From positions 86,592,448 to 86,656,447 of the forward strand of contig NC_068981.1 in the NCBI RefSeq assembly GCF_001194135.2: 64,000 nucleotides of DNA, in the 5' to 3' direction. The notes under the pieces were generated by a model, which saw only the letters and a program-made list of their open reading frames with translations, was not told the DNA's origin and made no database searches. The position numbers and the translations under genes are program-made. Shown here in pieces: positions 38,955 to 52,519 of the stretch (position 1 is the stretch's first letter; the number at the start of each line of letters is the position of its first letter). The stretch is from Octopus bimaculoides (lineage: Eukaryota).

Positions 38955-40310
38955 CAAGCAAATGAACACTCTGCAGAATGAGATCAAGCAGAAAATCGAC
39001 TGCCTCAGAACAGTGTATATGTTTGTAAAATTAGACAAGATGAGCAACCTCTATCAGATTAGTGTTAATTCTTATAATTGGCTTCTTTCTACCTCATATT
39101 CTGTGAAAAAACAAATAATGCATTTTGAAATGATATAAACACAACAGTCACAACCCCCCACCCAAAAAAGCCATTACCTTAAAAACTGAAGATAAAGTAG
39201 ATATCTTAATATACAAATACCCATATATTACAATGAACACCCACCCAATTTCAATAATAACCTATTAACTCTTCTAAATAAACCCTTCTAAATCTGACCT
39301 AGGCATCATTAGGAAGAAAATCATTGATGCATTCACACCCAGAATAAAATCACCCTCAGCCTTACTTCTCTAAAGTAACACATATATTGTGATTGATTAG
39401 TTTAATAAGATACCAAACAAAAACAAGTATTACTTCTTCCAGTTTGACATTAAGGACAGTTATGCAATACTTATTACAGTTTTGGACATTACCAAATCAA
39501 TAACAACAATAAAAAAAACAGAAATCAAAATAATACTACAAGCTAGGAAATCCCTACTGTTTCACAGCAACGCATATTGGATCAAAAAGGACCCCCAAGG
39601 AAACATTTGATGTCAGTGTGGATTCAAAGGACCCAGCTGAGGCCAGTGTTATCATTGGTCTATACATATCATCAGCAATACAGGCAAAATTTCCCTTTAT
39701 TTCAGATGGTCCCTATAGAGGTGATGGTCAACTCCTCTACAGAGGCTTTAACCCACAACAAACAGACAGGTTTAGGAAAGAATTACACCACTTCTTCAAA
39801 AACCTAAGAATCTCTATTGCAGTTATCATACATCTGAAAAGAGTCAACTTCCTTGACGTCAATTCAAACTTAAATATCTCCATTTACAAACCTTATAAAA
39901 AAAACAAAACAAACCCAATGTATATATAGACTCCAACTCCACACAAAGTATAATTAAAAACATTGGCAAGAACATCTCACTAACACTCTCCACTTTATGT
40001 AATGAATGTGTGTTCAACAAAATAGCAACTGTATACAAGAAGTATCACACAATATCAGCCATAGAGAAAAAGTCCAGCACACTAACAACACCACATCTAC
40101 TATAAATAAGAAATGTGAAAGCAAGGGAAGAAACATAACTTAGTTCAATCTACCTTTTAACATAAGAGTCTCTACAATAACCAGCCTATTCTTCAAAATC
40201 CTTCATAAACACTTCTACCCTAACTGTATGTACCACAACTTGATTAACAAATGCAGCATCAAAATATCATACCTTACATCCAGCATCTTTGAATAAACTA
40301 TATTCAATTA
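38955..40310 (+). mobile_element. Penelope-like retroelement reverse transcriptase remnant
   Basis: Frameshifted motifs: FVKLDK..NLY; INPSKSDLGII.KKIID; FNKIPNKNKYYFFQFDIKD; FDVSV.SKD.AE...IIGLYI; GPYRGDGQLL (LYRDDG equivalent); KRVNFLDVN.NLN...YKPYKK; RNIT.FNLPF; LHKHF; IKISY. Confidence 0.85.
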
Positions 40311-41074
40311 TAATTATCTAAACTAGCAGGACCTGTGAATATTTCACAGAATTAATGGTAAAACTATTGGGTTATTCCTGAAAACTTTATCCAAAATCCC
40401 TGAAAGTGTAGCCTGTGTTGTATCCGTATAGAAAGATAGTTACTCATCTGCTACTCATTGAAAAGTTAAAGAAATTGGAATATGATGATTACATAATACA
40501 CTTTATATACTTTATGCACAATTTTATAGACTTAATACACAACACTCATAAAATAAATATTCATTCTTAAATAAGCATGAATATTTCATGGAATTGCGTA
40601 TGTGTTAAGTGATAGGTGATATAAAAAACTTAGTTCAATAATAAAAAATTCACTTTTCATTACCCAATCACCACCACCACCACTACCTCTCCCCCTTCTC
40701 ACTGTCCTTCTTTAATCTCACCATCAAAACATCACTCCTTTGCTAAAATTATTCCATTCCCCTTACCTCATATCATAGACACTCCTCTGTTTCTTTTTCT
40801 CTGTCTTTCTCCCTCTTTGCCTTATCCTCTTTTTCTCTTTCCTTTTCCTCTCTCCTCTCTTTCCCTTCAACTAATCGCATGAAAGCGTTACAATTACATT
40901 CCCTTTACCTCATGTCATGGATGCTTCTCGCTCCCTCTTTTTCTCTAATCACATGAAAGTGTGGTACCAATGGGTTTACAAATAGATTTTCGCTACACCT
41001 CATTTTCATAAACATCCACCAAATGAACCCTTGTCAAAAGACTATGTATAAGGTTTGAAAAGCCAAGCCAGGCC

Positions 41075-41118
41075 ACAGTCTGATGATAGCAACTAAGCAA
41101 AGACTTTGAAGTCACTGT
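41075..41118 (+). ncRNA. Decayed minimal type I hammerhead ribozyme motif (PLE-associated)
   Basis: ACAGT-CTGATGA-...-ACT-TTGA-AGT-C-ACTGT gives stem I ACAGT/ACTGT, the CUGAUGA core, a 3-bp stem III and a GUC site. The GAAA half-core and stem II are degenerate. Confidence 0.5.
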
Positions 41119-41232
41119 CAACATTTCCCTTGTAAAAATAATAAATAAGGTTCTCTACTGCCTTTAATTAACTATTTAACTGGTTTTTTTTTAATATACA
41201 TACATATATATATATAGCTTTACATAAAAGCA

Positions 41233-41269
<37 letters not shown>

Positions 41270-42989
41270 GGCGGTAGAAATAGCACACAAGTAAGTCTAA
41301 GATATTTCAATTCAAGAGGGAATTTAATAGAAATGATTTTTAAAATTATATAAAGAAAATATTACCAGTTTCGATGAATCTCATTTTATCAAATATCAGT
41401 AAAAATTTATAAAAATTTGAAGTAAGAACAGTTTATCTTCNNNNNNNNNNNNNNNNNNNNNNNNNNNNNNNNNNNNNNNNNNNNNNNNNNNNNNNNNNNN
41501 NNNNNNNNNNNNNNNNNNNNNNNNNNNNNNNNNNNNNNNNNNNNNNNNNNNNNNNNNNNNNNNNNNNNNNNNNNNNNNNNNNNNNNNNNNNNNNNNNNNN
41601 NNNNNNNNNNNNNNNNNNNNNNNNNNNNNNNNNNNNNNNNNNNNNNNNNNNNNNNNNNNNNNNNNNNNNNNNNNNNNNNNNNNNNNNNNNNNNNNNNNNN
41701 NNNNNNNNNNNNNNNNNNNNNNNNNNNNNNNNNNNNNNNNNNNNNNNNNNNNNNATATATATATATATATATATATATAGATATATATACACACACACAC
41801 ATACATACATATTGTGTGTGTGTGTGTGTGTGTGTGCACGCATGCATTTGTATGTGCAAACATGCATGACTGTTGATATCCCATGGTTTTGCTTGAGTGA
41901 AACAGTGAATGATGTATACATTCCTTGTTGACATCAAGACCACTTGCTCAGCACTTTCAAATAAAAAAATACTTTACTTAAAAAACAGCTATGGGTTAGT
42001 GGCACTAATAGCATACAGCTGTTAAATCTTGCCTCAGACATGTCTCCCATCCAACCTATGTTAGGATGGCAAAAATGAATATTGAACGAATGATATGTAC
42101 TTGTAGGAAGTCAGATACAACTGCCATTCATAGGTTGCTGAAGTAACTTTGCATCTTACAGTAGCATTCATTATGTCTTTTTCTGTTCCAGAATATTTAT
42201 AACACTGGAGCCAGGAGAAATAGACAAACAGTTGATATAAAGTTCACTGACTGGTTCATGATTTTGCTTCAGTTAACTACAAGAACCAAACATTCAATCG
42301 CCAGCCAAATTTCATTTCTACATATCCCATGAGTGCATTATGATGTTGTGACCAGATATAACTGTGCTTCATAATCATAAATATTATTAGAGTACAGCTC
42401 TAGGTCACCTACAAAAAAATGTTGTGTGGGTGATATGTGTTTGTTGATATAGCCCTGACACTTAACAGAACTAACAACATAAAGCAACAATAGAGGAACT
42501 ATCATTGTTGTATATCCTGTAGAGAGCTTATGTATGTATATTTGAATATAATTACATGCATGTGTATGAACATGTGTTTGAATTTATGTTTTAATGTATT
42601 CAAACATTATACATGCGTTATCTATTTATGTATACATGCACATATGTATTATATATAATTTGACATGTGCATGTATACAATTGTTATTTATTTTGCATAT
42701 TTTCAGTGTTCTGTTTATAAACTTAATTTGAATGACATAAGTTAACTGTTTCTCATTGAGGATCCTAGCATTTCAAGGTTACTGTTTAGATGTCTGGTAA
42801 TGTAAACAGAATACCAAGTGTTATGGGTATAAATGTGAATTGATAATTTTACGAAAGTTTCTTGCCATCAATGCTGGAAAGCTTTACCTTCACCAGCCCA
42901 CCCCAACAAGATGACTAGCAGCAGTCAGTCACAACAAATAATGTTTTTAACTGTGACGCAAAGTTTTTCATATTTGTGAGAAGCATTGT

Positions 42990-43480
42990 CAGGAAAAACC
43001 TCAGCTTACAGCTGCTACTTAATGACTTAGAAAGGATGACAAGCAAAGCAGAAAATACATGGATTTAACTAAATACTGCAGAGCATTTAGTTCAGCACTT
43101 TCATACTTCACATTCAACAAGCCTTACATCACAATATTACATAAGAATTATAAGCCAATAAGCATCACATATCTAGACACTAAAGTGGCTAGAAATAGAT
43201 ACCAAATATCCCTCAAATCAGATGCTACTATCTCAGAAACCCAAAAGAACACATTAAATAATGTATCTTTACAAATACCAAAAGACAAGATGATCACAGC
43301 CAGAACAACTTGGATCACAGCTGAACTAGAGCTAAAGAGCAACAAAGATACAAAATCTCAACAGTTTTCTTATATAACTGAAATTATTATACAAGTAAAC
43401 TATAAGAGAATATTTTTAAATAACAGAATTCATGGAGGACTTTTTAAATAATCAGCTTTACTTTTGTCATTGAACAGCTA
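42990..43480 (+). mobile_element. Old RTE-like LINE ORF2 remnant (explains the 130-aa ORF 43059-43451)
   Basis: LQLLLNDLERMTSK..MDLTK..., ITYLDTKV and ARTTW...KDTK.Q.FS.I.E resemble the RT C-terminal block (LQ.LL..L...GL..N..KT; YLG; AF..L..IW). Confidence 0.5.
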
Positions 43481-45318
43481 AAACACCTGTGATGCTGAGA
43501 CACTAGATTACTGAATACAATCTTTTCCGAATGAAGTTCAATGCAGAATTACTGCTTGAATTTCATATATCTATTTAAGTTAATCTAACTCTCTTTCTTC
43601 TAAACATTCATTTATCTTTCTTTTTTTGTTTTAAATTGCAACAAGTTAAATTACCATTGCTTCATCTGATCTACTGTATCAAAGAAATTGTAAGTTCATC
43701 TTACTATTGGACATTACAAAGGCTTTGCTTCATTAACAAAGTGGTTTTTCTTCACATTTTGTCTATTCAGTGAATTCTGTTTACATTTATTTACCTTAAT
43801 TTCAGTACTTTAGATTTTTTCTTCTACCTCATTCACATTAGTATTTAATAACTAATATGACTTCAACTTCTTTTAGTTTCAATGTTAAGGGTAAATCACT
43901 ATCTAGTTTCTAGAATTCATCCCAGTTGATTTTATAGACTATTTATTAGCACAAAAAATATTTAATTTTCATTCCATTTTTATCATAAAGTTTACTTACA
44001 TTCTAAATATATATTTTAATGCATTTCAACTACCAATTTCTCATCAGATTACTTAACTATGAAAATGATTATGAGAGAATATATAAAGCTAGATAGACAT
44101 TTTACTACCAAATTGAAAAAGAAAAAAAGAAAAAAGAAAGAAAAACGAAAATCTTAGCACATTTCATTAATCCTTCTAGTTTAACTATATATTCAAAGCA
44201 TATAGCTTTAATAGAGTTAGTTTGCTGTAGTCCATATGCAAGAAAATATTTAAAAGTCTTTATAAAAACTGATACGTTCTTGTACACACCCACTAAATTG
44301 TTCACTTAGTTTTCTGCCAATTCAGCAAGCCTCTTACTCTTCTGTGCATATTGCTTATTTATGTTACATTATATTACAAATGATGTCAATGGTATGTCTT
44401 TCTGCTATAAATTCTACAGAATATATGAAAATATCAGTGCAAATATTATTTCAGTGATCTAATAAGAATTCTCTGTGCATTGCTTTGAGGTTGGATGCTA
44501 TGTTAATATGAGTTGTCAAATTAACAAATATTTCCATCAGTATTTAGTGGTGAGAAGCATACAGTGTTTGGTTTAAACACTAAGTTATTTCTAATTCAGT
44601 TGTGTTGGTCTGAGTGATTTGCAAGACACAGTATAAGTTGTGTGCAATGATGTCACTGTAGAGAATGACTTCTGAGAGAATAGGGCTGACACGGATGTGA
44701 TCAATGTAGAACATAAAATAGTAGAATAATGGTTGGTGACTGAAAGAGTTTAATCTTTTTGATACCAAAGAGTTGCCCCTTTTGATACCAGGAGTTGCCC
44801 TTGGTTCTATATGGACTTCAAATTTATGTTCCAAATACTAACTTAATAATGGTTTCCGATTTTGGCACAGGACCAGGAGATTTTGTGCAGAGAGTAAGAT
44901 GATTAAATCGGTCCCAGTACTTGACTGGTACTTATTTTATTGACCCTGAAAGGATAAAAGACAAAGTTGATTTTAGCAGTATTTGAACTATACGTGGACA
45001 AAATGTCAGTAAGCACTTTGTCCAACATGCTAATAATTCTGCCAGCTCACTGCCGTAATACTAGCTTAATAATCTTTTCTACTACAGGCACAAGGCCTGA
45101 AATTTGGGGGGAGGGGGCCAGTCAATTAGATTGATCCCAGTATGCAACTGGTACTTAATTTATCAATCCTGAAAGGATGAAAGACAAAGTTGATCTCAGC
45201 AGAATTTGAACTCGGAATGTAGTGACGGGCGAAACACCACTAAGCATTTTGTCCAGCATGCTAACGATTCTGCCAGCTCATTGACTAAAGCCTTGTGAGT
45301 GGATTTGGTAGATGGAAA

Positions 45319-45349
<31 letters not shown>

Positions 45350-45422
45350 CTTAATATGTAAAACTGAGAATGTGTGTCTGTGTGTGTGAATCCCTAAAAC
45401 TTGAGAACTACACAACTGATTT

Positions 45423-46039
45423 AGAGGCAGAGAGACAATTCATGCAGTGAAAACACCCTTCCTAACTTGCTCTAAAGAATGCAAATGTCGTTTCATCTGC
45501 AGTAAAGGTGATAACCTCAGTTTTTTGGTACGCAAAAGGCATTGTGTTTATTGAGTATCTTCAAAAAGCCACATCATCAATGGAGAGTATTATGCCAATT
45601 TGCTGAGGCAGTTATTAAAGGTTGTCAAGACCAAAAGCCAAGGAAAACAGATGAAAGGTGTCTTGTTTATGAGGACAATGCTCCAGCATGCAAATCCTTG
45701 GTTTCAATGGCTGCTGTGCATGAATGACTATGGCTTTGAACTGGTTGATCAGCCTCCCTATTCTCATGATTTGTTTCCATTTGATTATCATCTGTTCCCC
45801 AACATAAAAAAAAACACTAGGCTGGGAACCAGTATCACAGTGATGATAGCGTCATGTCTGCTGTTGATGACAGTTTTGACCAACAGGATGAAAGCTTCTT
45901 CACCAATGGGATCCAAACACTGCAACGCTGATGGAAGATGTGTGTGGACTGTAAGGGGTCTATGTTGAAAAAAAATTTCATGTGGTCACATTCTATGAGA
46001 GTATCTTGGTCAGCCTATGAACTTTTCAGTTGACCCTCA
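45423..46039 (+). mobile_element. Mariner (DD34D-type) transposase 3' remnant with right TIR
   Basis: SAVKVITSVFW.AKGIVFIEYLQK; KGVLF..DNAPACKSLV; GFELVDQPPYSHDL.PFDYHLFPNIKK; FFTNGI; KMCVDCKG.YVEK. Ends CAGCCTATGAACTTTTCAGTTGACCCTCA|TA. Confidence 0.9.
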
Positions 46040-46094
46040 TATATAATATACATATAAAACACACACACACATGCATATATTATATAATGTATTA

Positions 46095-46135
<41 letters not shown>

Positions 46136-46161
46136 GCACACAATATAAACATAAAATATGC

Positions 46162-46197
<36 letters not shown>

Positions 46198-46636
46198 AGA
46201 GAGAGAGACAGAGAGAGGGGGAGAGAGAGACAGAGAGAGGGGGAGACAGAGAGAGGGGAGAGAGAGAGAGCTTTAGTTAAATGCACAGATACATTGTATG
46301 TAAAAGAAAGCAAAACCAGAACTGTCATGATATAATCTATCAGGATTTACTGTTACATAATTTTAAAGCTGGTGTTGATGGACTTAGTTATAAAATGTTT
46401 CTATAACCTTTTGCAGCTTAGTTTAGAATGTACATTGAGAAGAACACATCATTAACATAATTTAATTTGAAAAGGAAATTCTGAAAACCTCAAAACAACA
46501 GACCAGTACAATTGGGACCATTATTGCTCCAAACCAAATATAGAGGTTTATTTATATATTAGGAAATATCTTTAATAAAAATGCTGTGCTTTTACTATAA
46601 CCTGCAAAAAGATGAAAAGTTATCCACTATTTGTAC

Positions 46637-46685
<49 letters not shown>

Positions 46686-46727
46686 GTTTAACAATGCAAA
46701 CAGGAAAAACAGAATTCAAAACATGAG

Positions 46728-47188
46728 CATCATCATCATCATCACCATTTAGTGTCTGTTTTCCATACTGGCAGGGGTTAAATAGTTTGACTGAGACTAG
46801 TAAGTTGGAGAGCTGAACCAGGCTCCAATCTGATTTGGCTCGGTTTCTATAACTTGATGCCCTTCCTAACACCAACCACTCCAAGAGTGTAGAGGGTGCC
46901 TTTTACGTGCCACCGGCACAGGTGCTTTTCATGTGTACTGGTATGGGTACCTTTTATATGTACAGGATCAAGTGCCTTTTATGTGTACTGGCACTAGCCA
47001 GGATTACGATTTCATTTGGCTTGACATGTCTCCTCAAGCACAGTAAATTGCCAACAGTCTTGGTCACTTATCATCACCTCCATGAAACTCAACATCCGAA
47101 GATTGTGCTTCACCACTTTGTCCCATGTCTTCCACAGGTTCCCTCCACAGTTAGAGATTGGTCCTTCTTTATGCAATTGTCCTTGTCC
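46728..47188 (-). mobile_element. 5'-truncated RTE LINE 3' end
   Basis: Minus strand GGNLWKTWDKVVKHNL plus the family 3'UTR and (GAT)n tail. Confidence 0.75.
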
Positions 47189-47898
47189 ACACACACACAC
47201 ACACACACACACATTTTACTAATATTTAGCAGAAGCAACAGAAACTTCATGGCTGGGAGTTTTATATGTCAGCACTTATCAAACCAATTGAAGTTTGATA
47301 AGTGCTAATGCACAAATCTCTCAGCCCTTGAAGTGCTGATACACAGAACTCACAGCCACTGAGTCACTCTGTCACTTCTGATAAATATTCATTAAAATTA
47401 TAATACATATTAAATATATTACATATATGTACTTTTTTGGACTAATGGTTATTTGTCAGTTAGTGTGTTGATGTGTTGAGTAAAGCACTACCATGGTTTT
47501 GGCTACCTGATGTCATCTGCAGTTGGGGTATATTTCTGTTGGATCTACTTCAGGAATTCCGCTGTGTGAGTTGAGATAATAATCAATTAATGAAGCAGAA
47601 GATGGATTTGCTATTAGTCATTTCAACACTCCTGCTAAGAATACAGAATTCAGGCAGTCATGTTGCTTTTGGCCAACTTCTTAGGGAATATTTTTAGTGG
47701 GACACTACTTTATGTATGCATGTACCTGACATGACCCAGACTGTAAAATTGATGCAACACAATGTGATGTACATCATCTCACACATAAAGGACAGTTGCA
47801 AGATGGGTCGAAACAATCATCATATGGAATAAAGATTAATACCAAATCCATCTACTGTTTCACTAATCGATTATATATACACACACACACACACACAC

Positions 47899-47934
<36 letters not shown>

Positions 47935-48726
47935 AAAAATAAAAATATATAAAAAAAAGGGTTTTGTATAATCATGTATAGAGGAATATATTATTTAAAA
48001 GAGTTCCAACTGTGTCTGTTTTTTATGTTCTTATAAAATTAATGTGGGATATAGAATATGGAATATATAATATAAATAGTAAAATGAAATGAAGTATTGA
48101 ATGTCTTATTGAATATATGAAATATTGAGTATTAAATATATAAATATATATTCATGCTTTGAGCTGTATTTTCCTGTTTGTATATAATATATACAGACAC
48201 ATATAATACATACAGACGCATACACTATTTTATGAATTTTAGAAAAATGCCACAATGACAAATTGGAAGAATATTCTTGTTTTAAAAATTGTATACTTGA
48301 ATAGAAATCCTGTTCCACTGTCCAGGCACACCCTGTTCAAATGTCAGAAATGGTTTGGTTGTCCTCTGTATAAATAGTAAGGTTGCTCTCCTGGGATCCC
48401 TGCACCATTGCACTCAGCAGGGTAATTGGGGTTGCAGAGGATGTAAATGAATGCAGTGGGGACATGTGAGAAGGTTATTGCATGGTAGTGGGAGGCAGGA
48501 AATAGTGAGAGAAAGAGAGAGAAATATGTACATAAAGAAGATCAATTGATCTTGGTTATTAACTGGCTCATAGTAATGTTAAAAGGTCTTCTGAATCACT
48601 TTATATAGATCAGTTCAATCAATTACATCAACCCCACTACAAGTTTCAAGTCCAGCACTGTTTTATTGTACAGATTTGATCAAATTACTAAATTTCGGAA
48701 TTTTTAAAGTTAAATCATAAACATAA

Positions 48727-49115
48727 GCACAGGAGTGGCTGTGTGGTAAGTAGCTTGCTTACTAACCACATGGTTCTGGGTTCAGTCCCACTGCGTGGTA
48801 CCTAGGGCAAGTGTCTTCTACTATAGCCTCAGGCCGACCAAAGCCTTGTGAGTGGATTTGGTAGACGGAAACTGAAAGCAGCCCGTCGTATATATGTATG
48901 TGTGTATGTATGTTTGTGTGTCTGTATTTGTCCCCCCCAACTTCGCTTGACAACCGTTGCTGGTGTGTTTACGTCCCCGTAACTTAGCGGTTCAGCAAAA
49001 ATAGACCGATAGAATAAGTACTAGGCTTACAAAGAATAAGTCCTGGGGTTGATCTGCTCGACTAAAGGCTGTGCCCCAGCATGGCCACAGTCAAATGACT
49101 GAAACAAGTAAAAGA
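48727..49115 (+). mobile_element. Near full-length tRNA-derived SINE, first family
   Basis: A-box-like TGGCTGTGTGGT (48736), B-box GGTTCAGTCC (48779-48788), GGGCAAGTGTCTTCTAC body, internal (TG/TA) repeat, 3' ...GACTGAAACAAGTAAAAG. Partial copies at ~25790-25935(-), 25950-26110(+), 38755-38910(+), 63300-63400(+). Confidence 0.85.
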
Positions 49116-49278
49116 GTATACATATTTCTATATAATGGGCTTTTGTACGGTTCCATCTGCTAAACTACAATAACAAGGCATTGACCAGCCTGCGGCTATA
49201 GGAAACACTTGCTTAAAGTATTGAATAGCACATGGTTGTGAAGCTAGCTTTTTAACTACATAACCATATCTCTGTATA

Positions 49279-49349
<71 letters not shown>

Positions 49350-50736
49350 GTGTGTGCATGCCTGTGTGCACATGTATGAGAGTGTATTTATACTTGCATA
49401 TGTAAATAAGTATGTATCACTTATCATTTTGTCCCTCCCTTTCTCATTAACCATTCACACTAATCCCTTCATTTCCCCCTGTGGTTTCCTTATTCCCTCC
49501 TTCCCACAATCGCCCTGTTACAACTACAAAGCAGTTCCTCTCATCATACTTTACCCTCTCTCATCGCGTTGCCTAAAATCATTACACAATATCCTTCTAT
49601 TCTCATTCACTTATAGAGGTTGGACCCCTTTAATGCAAGTTGGCCTCATTAGTATTGGCGCTATGGAAAACAAAAAAAAAAAGTCAGTGCACACTGTAAA
49701 GTGGTTGGCATTAGGAAGGGCATCCACCAGTAGAAACCATACCAAATCAGATGTATGAGCAGGAAATGGTCATGAGATGTTGAACCATCCAAACCATGCC
49801 AGCATGGAGAGTGTATGTAAAAACGATAATGACATATCAAATATTTTCAGAGCTTGGGTAAAAAGTAGTGTTTGTTATTGTTGTTTCTCCTTTGAATAAC
49901 AAAGAGAAAGCATTGCATTTTTACATTTGTCTATCATGCAGGGCTATTCAATAATAGTTCACAATAGTCGGCATGAAATGCAGTCAACTGAATGCCTTGT
50001 ACAGTAGCGACATAATCTTATTGTTTGCTGTTTGTTGGAGTTTTACTATTTATTTCTGCAGAAGTTTTTATCTCTTCTGGCCTGTTTTGTATTTAAAAAA
50101 ATAAACTGCAACAAGTTTTACACAATAACATTTAGTCCTATACATTAACCTTCCCATCTGTCGGCATAGGATCACATACTATCAGTCTAACCATAATTTT
50201 TTGTTCCAGTACATTGCACTTTGTATCAATAAAGTGTTGTTTGTTACCTTTTATGATGTTTCTTAGAAGCATCTGTAATTATTCTATTGAAATAATGCAC
50301 TCTAATATCCTCTTGCTTGAAGCCAATGAATTTGGTTTTGATTTGTTGTGAATTGTTTACTATTATTGTTTGTGTCATGAAAGTGAAGGCAGGTGGTGCA
50401 ATATGTCCTTTCATGTTGCTCCTGCCTACTCAGCTGAAAATGAACACTCGGTGTTTGCTGGCACAGCACTTTCTCCTTCCAGCTGTCACATCTGCAATGT
50501 TTTGCTGAGTCAAGGATGGGTGGGTCAAGAGGGTATCTATGTCTGCTCATGATTGTATAGCCATTTAAAACAACTGGCAGAAGCATGGTACACACCACTA
50601 GGTTATACTTGCTTGCAAGTGATGGATTTGTATTTAATTTCTATGCAAGTTGAATTGAGACAATAAGATGCTCTTACACAAAAGGTATCTGCAGTTAATT
50701 TGCAAAGCAAAACAGATGTTTGAGATGAAGTTATTG

Positions 50737-50820
50737 TACTTTCTTTGCAAAGAAGGTACATAACCTATATGTACCTTCTTTGCTCATAACCTATATATAT
50801 ATATATATATATAGGCTATG
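50737..50820. repeat. Serial fold-back palindromes
   Basis: 16-bp perfect stem GCAAAGAAGGTACATA / TATGTACCTTCTTTGC (50747-50762 / 50768-50783, 5-nt loop), an upstream near-palindrome, and CATAACCTATA-(TA)n-TATAGGCTATG. Confidence 0.85.
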
Positions 50821-52350
50821 AACAGTAGTGGTGTCAATGAGACCCAGAGGTGTCAGGTAATGCTGAGTAAGTGCTATGGATAGACCATAGTTAAGCTCCA
50901 GGTTCATAGTGATGAGAATTAATTAGAAAACACTTGATATTTGTAAAGGGTTTTAGTGAAGTGAAGATGATACTTTATGAGCTGTGACTTTCAATATATT
51001 AATGGTAAATATTTGATTGGGCTCAAAAATATGTTCTCTACTGAGTCAACCATTTATTTCCTGCTCTTCTTCCTATCTACTGAGGCATATAGTCTAATGA
51101 AAAAGAAGATAAAATCTGCACACACATAGTAAAGGTGATAATATGATTTCTCTTGCTACATTTTATTTTAAAATTTGCTTTTCTAGAAGCTTATCATACT
51201 CTAAAATCTTCTGTATGATGTGCATTATGTCTATGTACTCTATGTATGTGATAAGACATCTTCTGCTTTATGTACAACCTGATATTTGAGATAGTTTTAA
51301 GATATGTGAAAATATGTAAAGGTGTTTTATCTCTGGGATAAGAGTCACATAAACACTATATATGATAATGAAGTCTTTATATATTTCAAAGTACTTCTTA
51401 AATAATGTGTGTTATACACCAAGTTTTGACATGTTGAGCATAGGGAAATCTGAGCTATTTCTGTTGATGTGCATATTAGAAAAAAAGAAAGAAAATATTT
51501 TTCCAAAAATAATGCATGTACTTTTGTACTGAATATACAGATGGCTTTTAGATCTCATAAAACACCAGTTAATCCAACATTCTAGACACAATCAACTTGT
51601 TCTTATTATTAAGTAGAGCATTGATGAACATTGGCTTACTGTTGCCTCAACAGGTTGTGAACAACTACTTAAAAGCTTCCAGCTTGTGAGTTACTTACTT
51701 TATGGGTTAGGTGATTCAGTGTATTGTGTAACAATTTAATAAAGTAAATTGTAATGTGCATGAAATGTATCACCATTTGTTGTATGGAAGTGTCTATTTA
51801 GTGTAGTCATTTTAATAAAGAAGAATTTAAAACTGAAAGGAAATTAGAGTAAGGAGTGGACAAACAATGGTCTTTTGATTTACCTAATTGTACAGTTTAC
51901 TTATGTATTTAGAACAAATAAGAATTTGACGTTTTCCCCTAAGATGGAGTTAGTAGAAAACAGTAAAACCAACAGACAGAACAATAGTGTTGTTTAGTTC
52001 CTATTAAAAAATGCTATATTTTATGATCTGTCTGTAGATCACCAGCTAAAGAATAAGATCAAAACAAAACTGTCAAAATAAATTTGATTGATAGTGAACA
52101 GATAAAATAATTATTGATCAATACAACAGACAACATGATTTCTATCAACATTTTCATTTCTTTCTCAAAAATGACAATGGCCACCACTGCCCCCATCATC
52201 ATCCCCACCATCACGATTCATGTTGCCATTTTCATTGCATCATAATCATTTTCCATGTTGGCATAGTGTAGCCAAACGGTTGCTTTTAAGTACCCTTATG
52301 TGATCATTATCTCACTTGTTTGATCTAAATCTTTCTGTAGTCTAATCTAC

Positions 52351-52519
52351 CTTATTGTCAGGACATCCATGCCCCATGTTGATACTGAATACCCGCAAAA
52401 ACTAGTTTGTAACACTTTCCTTATATACATCAGCAAATACTTTCTTCGATCATTTGCACTCATTCTCAAGTTTACAGCAACATCCAATGCAATATACTCA
52501 GCACAGAGTGTGTCTGTGA
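52351..52519 (-). CDS. Candidate exon, unknown protein (VTDTLCAEYIALDVAVNLRMSANDRRKYLLMYIRKVLQTSFCGYSVSTWGMDVLTI)
   Basis: Open frame bounded by gatttcag| and AAG|gtagat; phase 1 to 2, compatible with the 53372-53299 exon. Splice sites are only moderate. Confidence 0.25.

Noticed and set aside
43059-43451. 130-aa ORF as a host gene
   Set aside because: The flanking and internal motifs match a decayed RTE-type reverse transcriptase C-terminus.
45600-45968. 122-aa ORF as a SETMAR-like domesticated gene
   Set aside because: Multiple frameshifts and stops, and a TIR is present: an ordinary dead mariner.
47877-47930. (CA)n-ATAT-(TG)n self-complementary microsatellites (also 1598-1663)
   Set aside because: A common compound microsatellite form throughout the window, with no specific signal.
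48727-48800. tRNA gene suggested by A and B boxes (also 60251-60315)
   Set aside because: No cloverleaf, and the boxes continue into multi-copy SINE bodies.
50302-50598. Cys/His-containing 98-aa ORF resembling a piggyBac C-terminal cysteine-rich domain
   Set aside because: The motif spacing is poor and no DDD domain or termini were found, so it cannot be supported.
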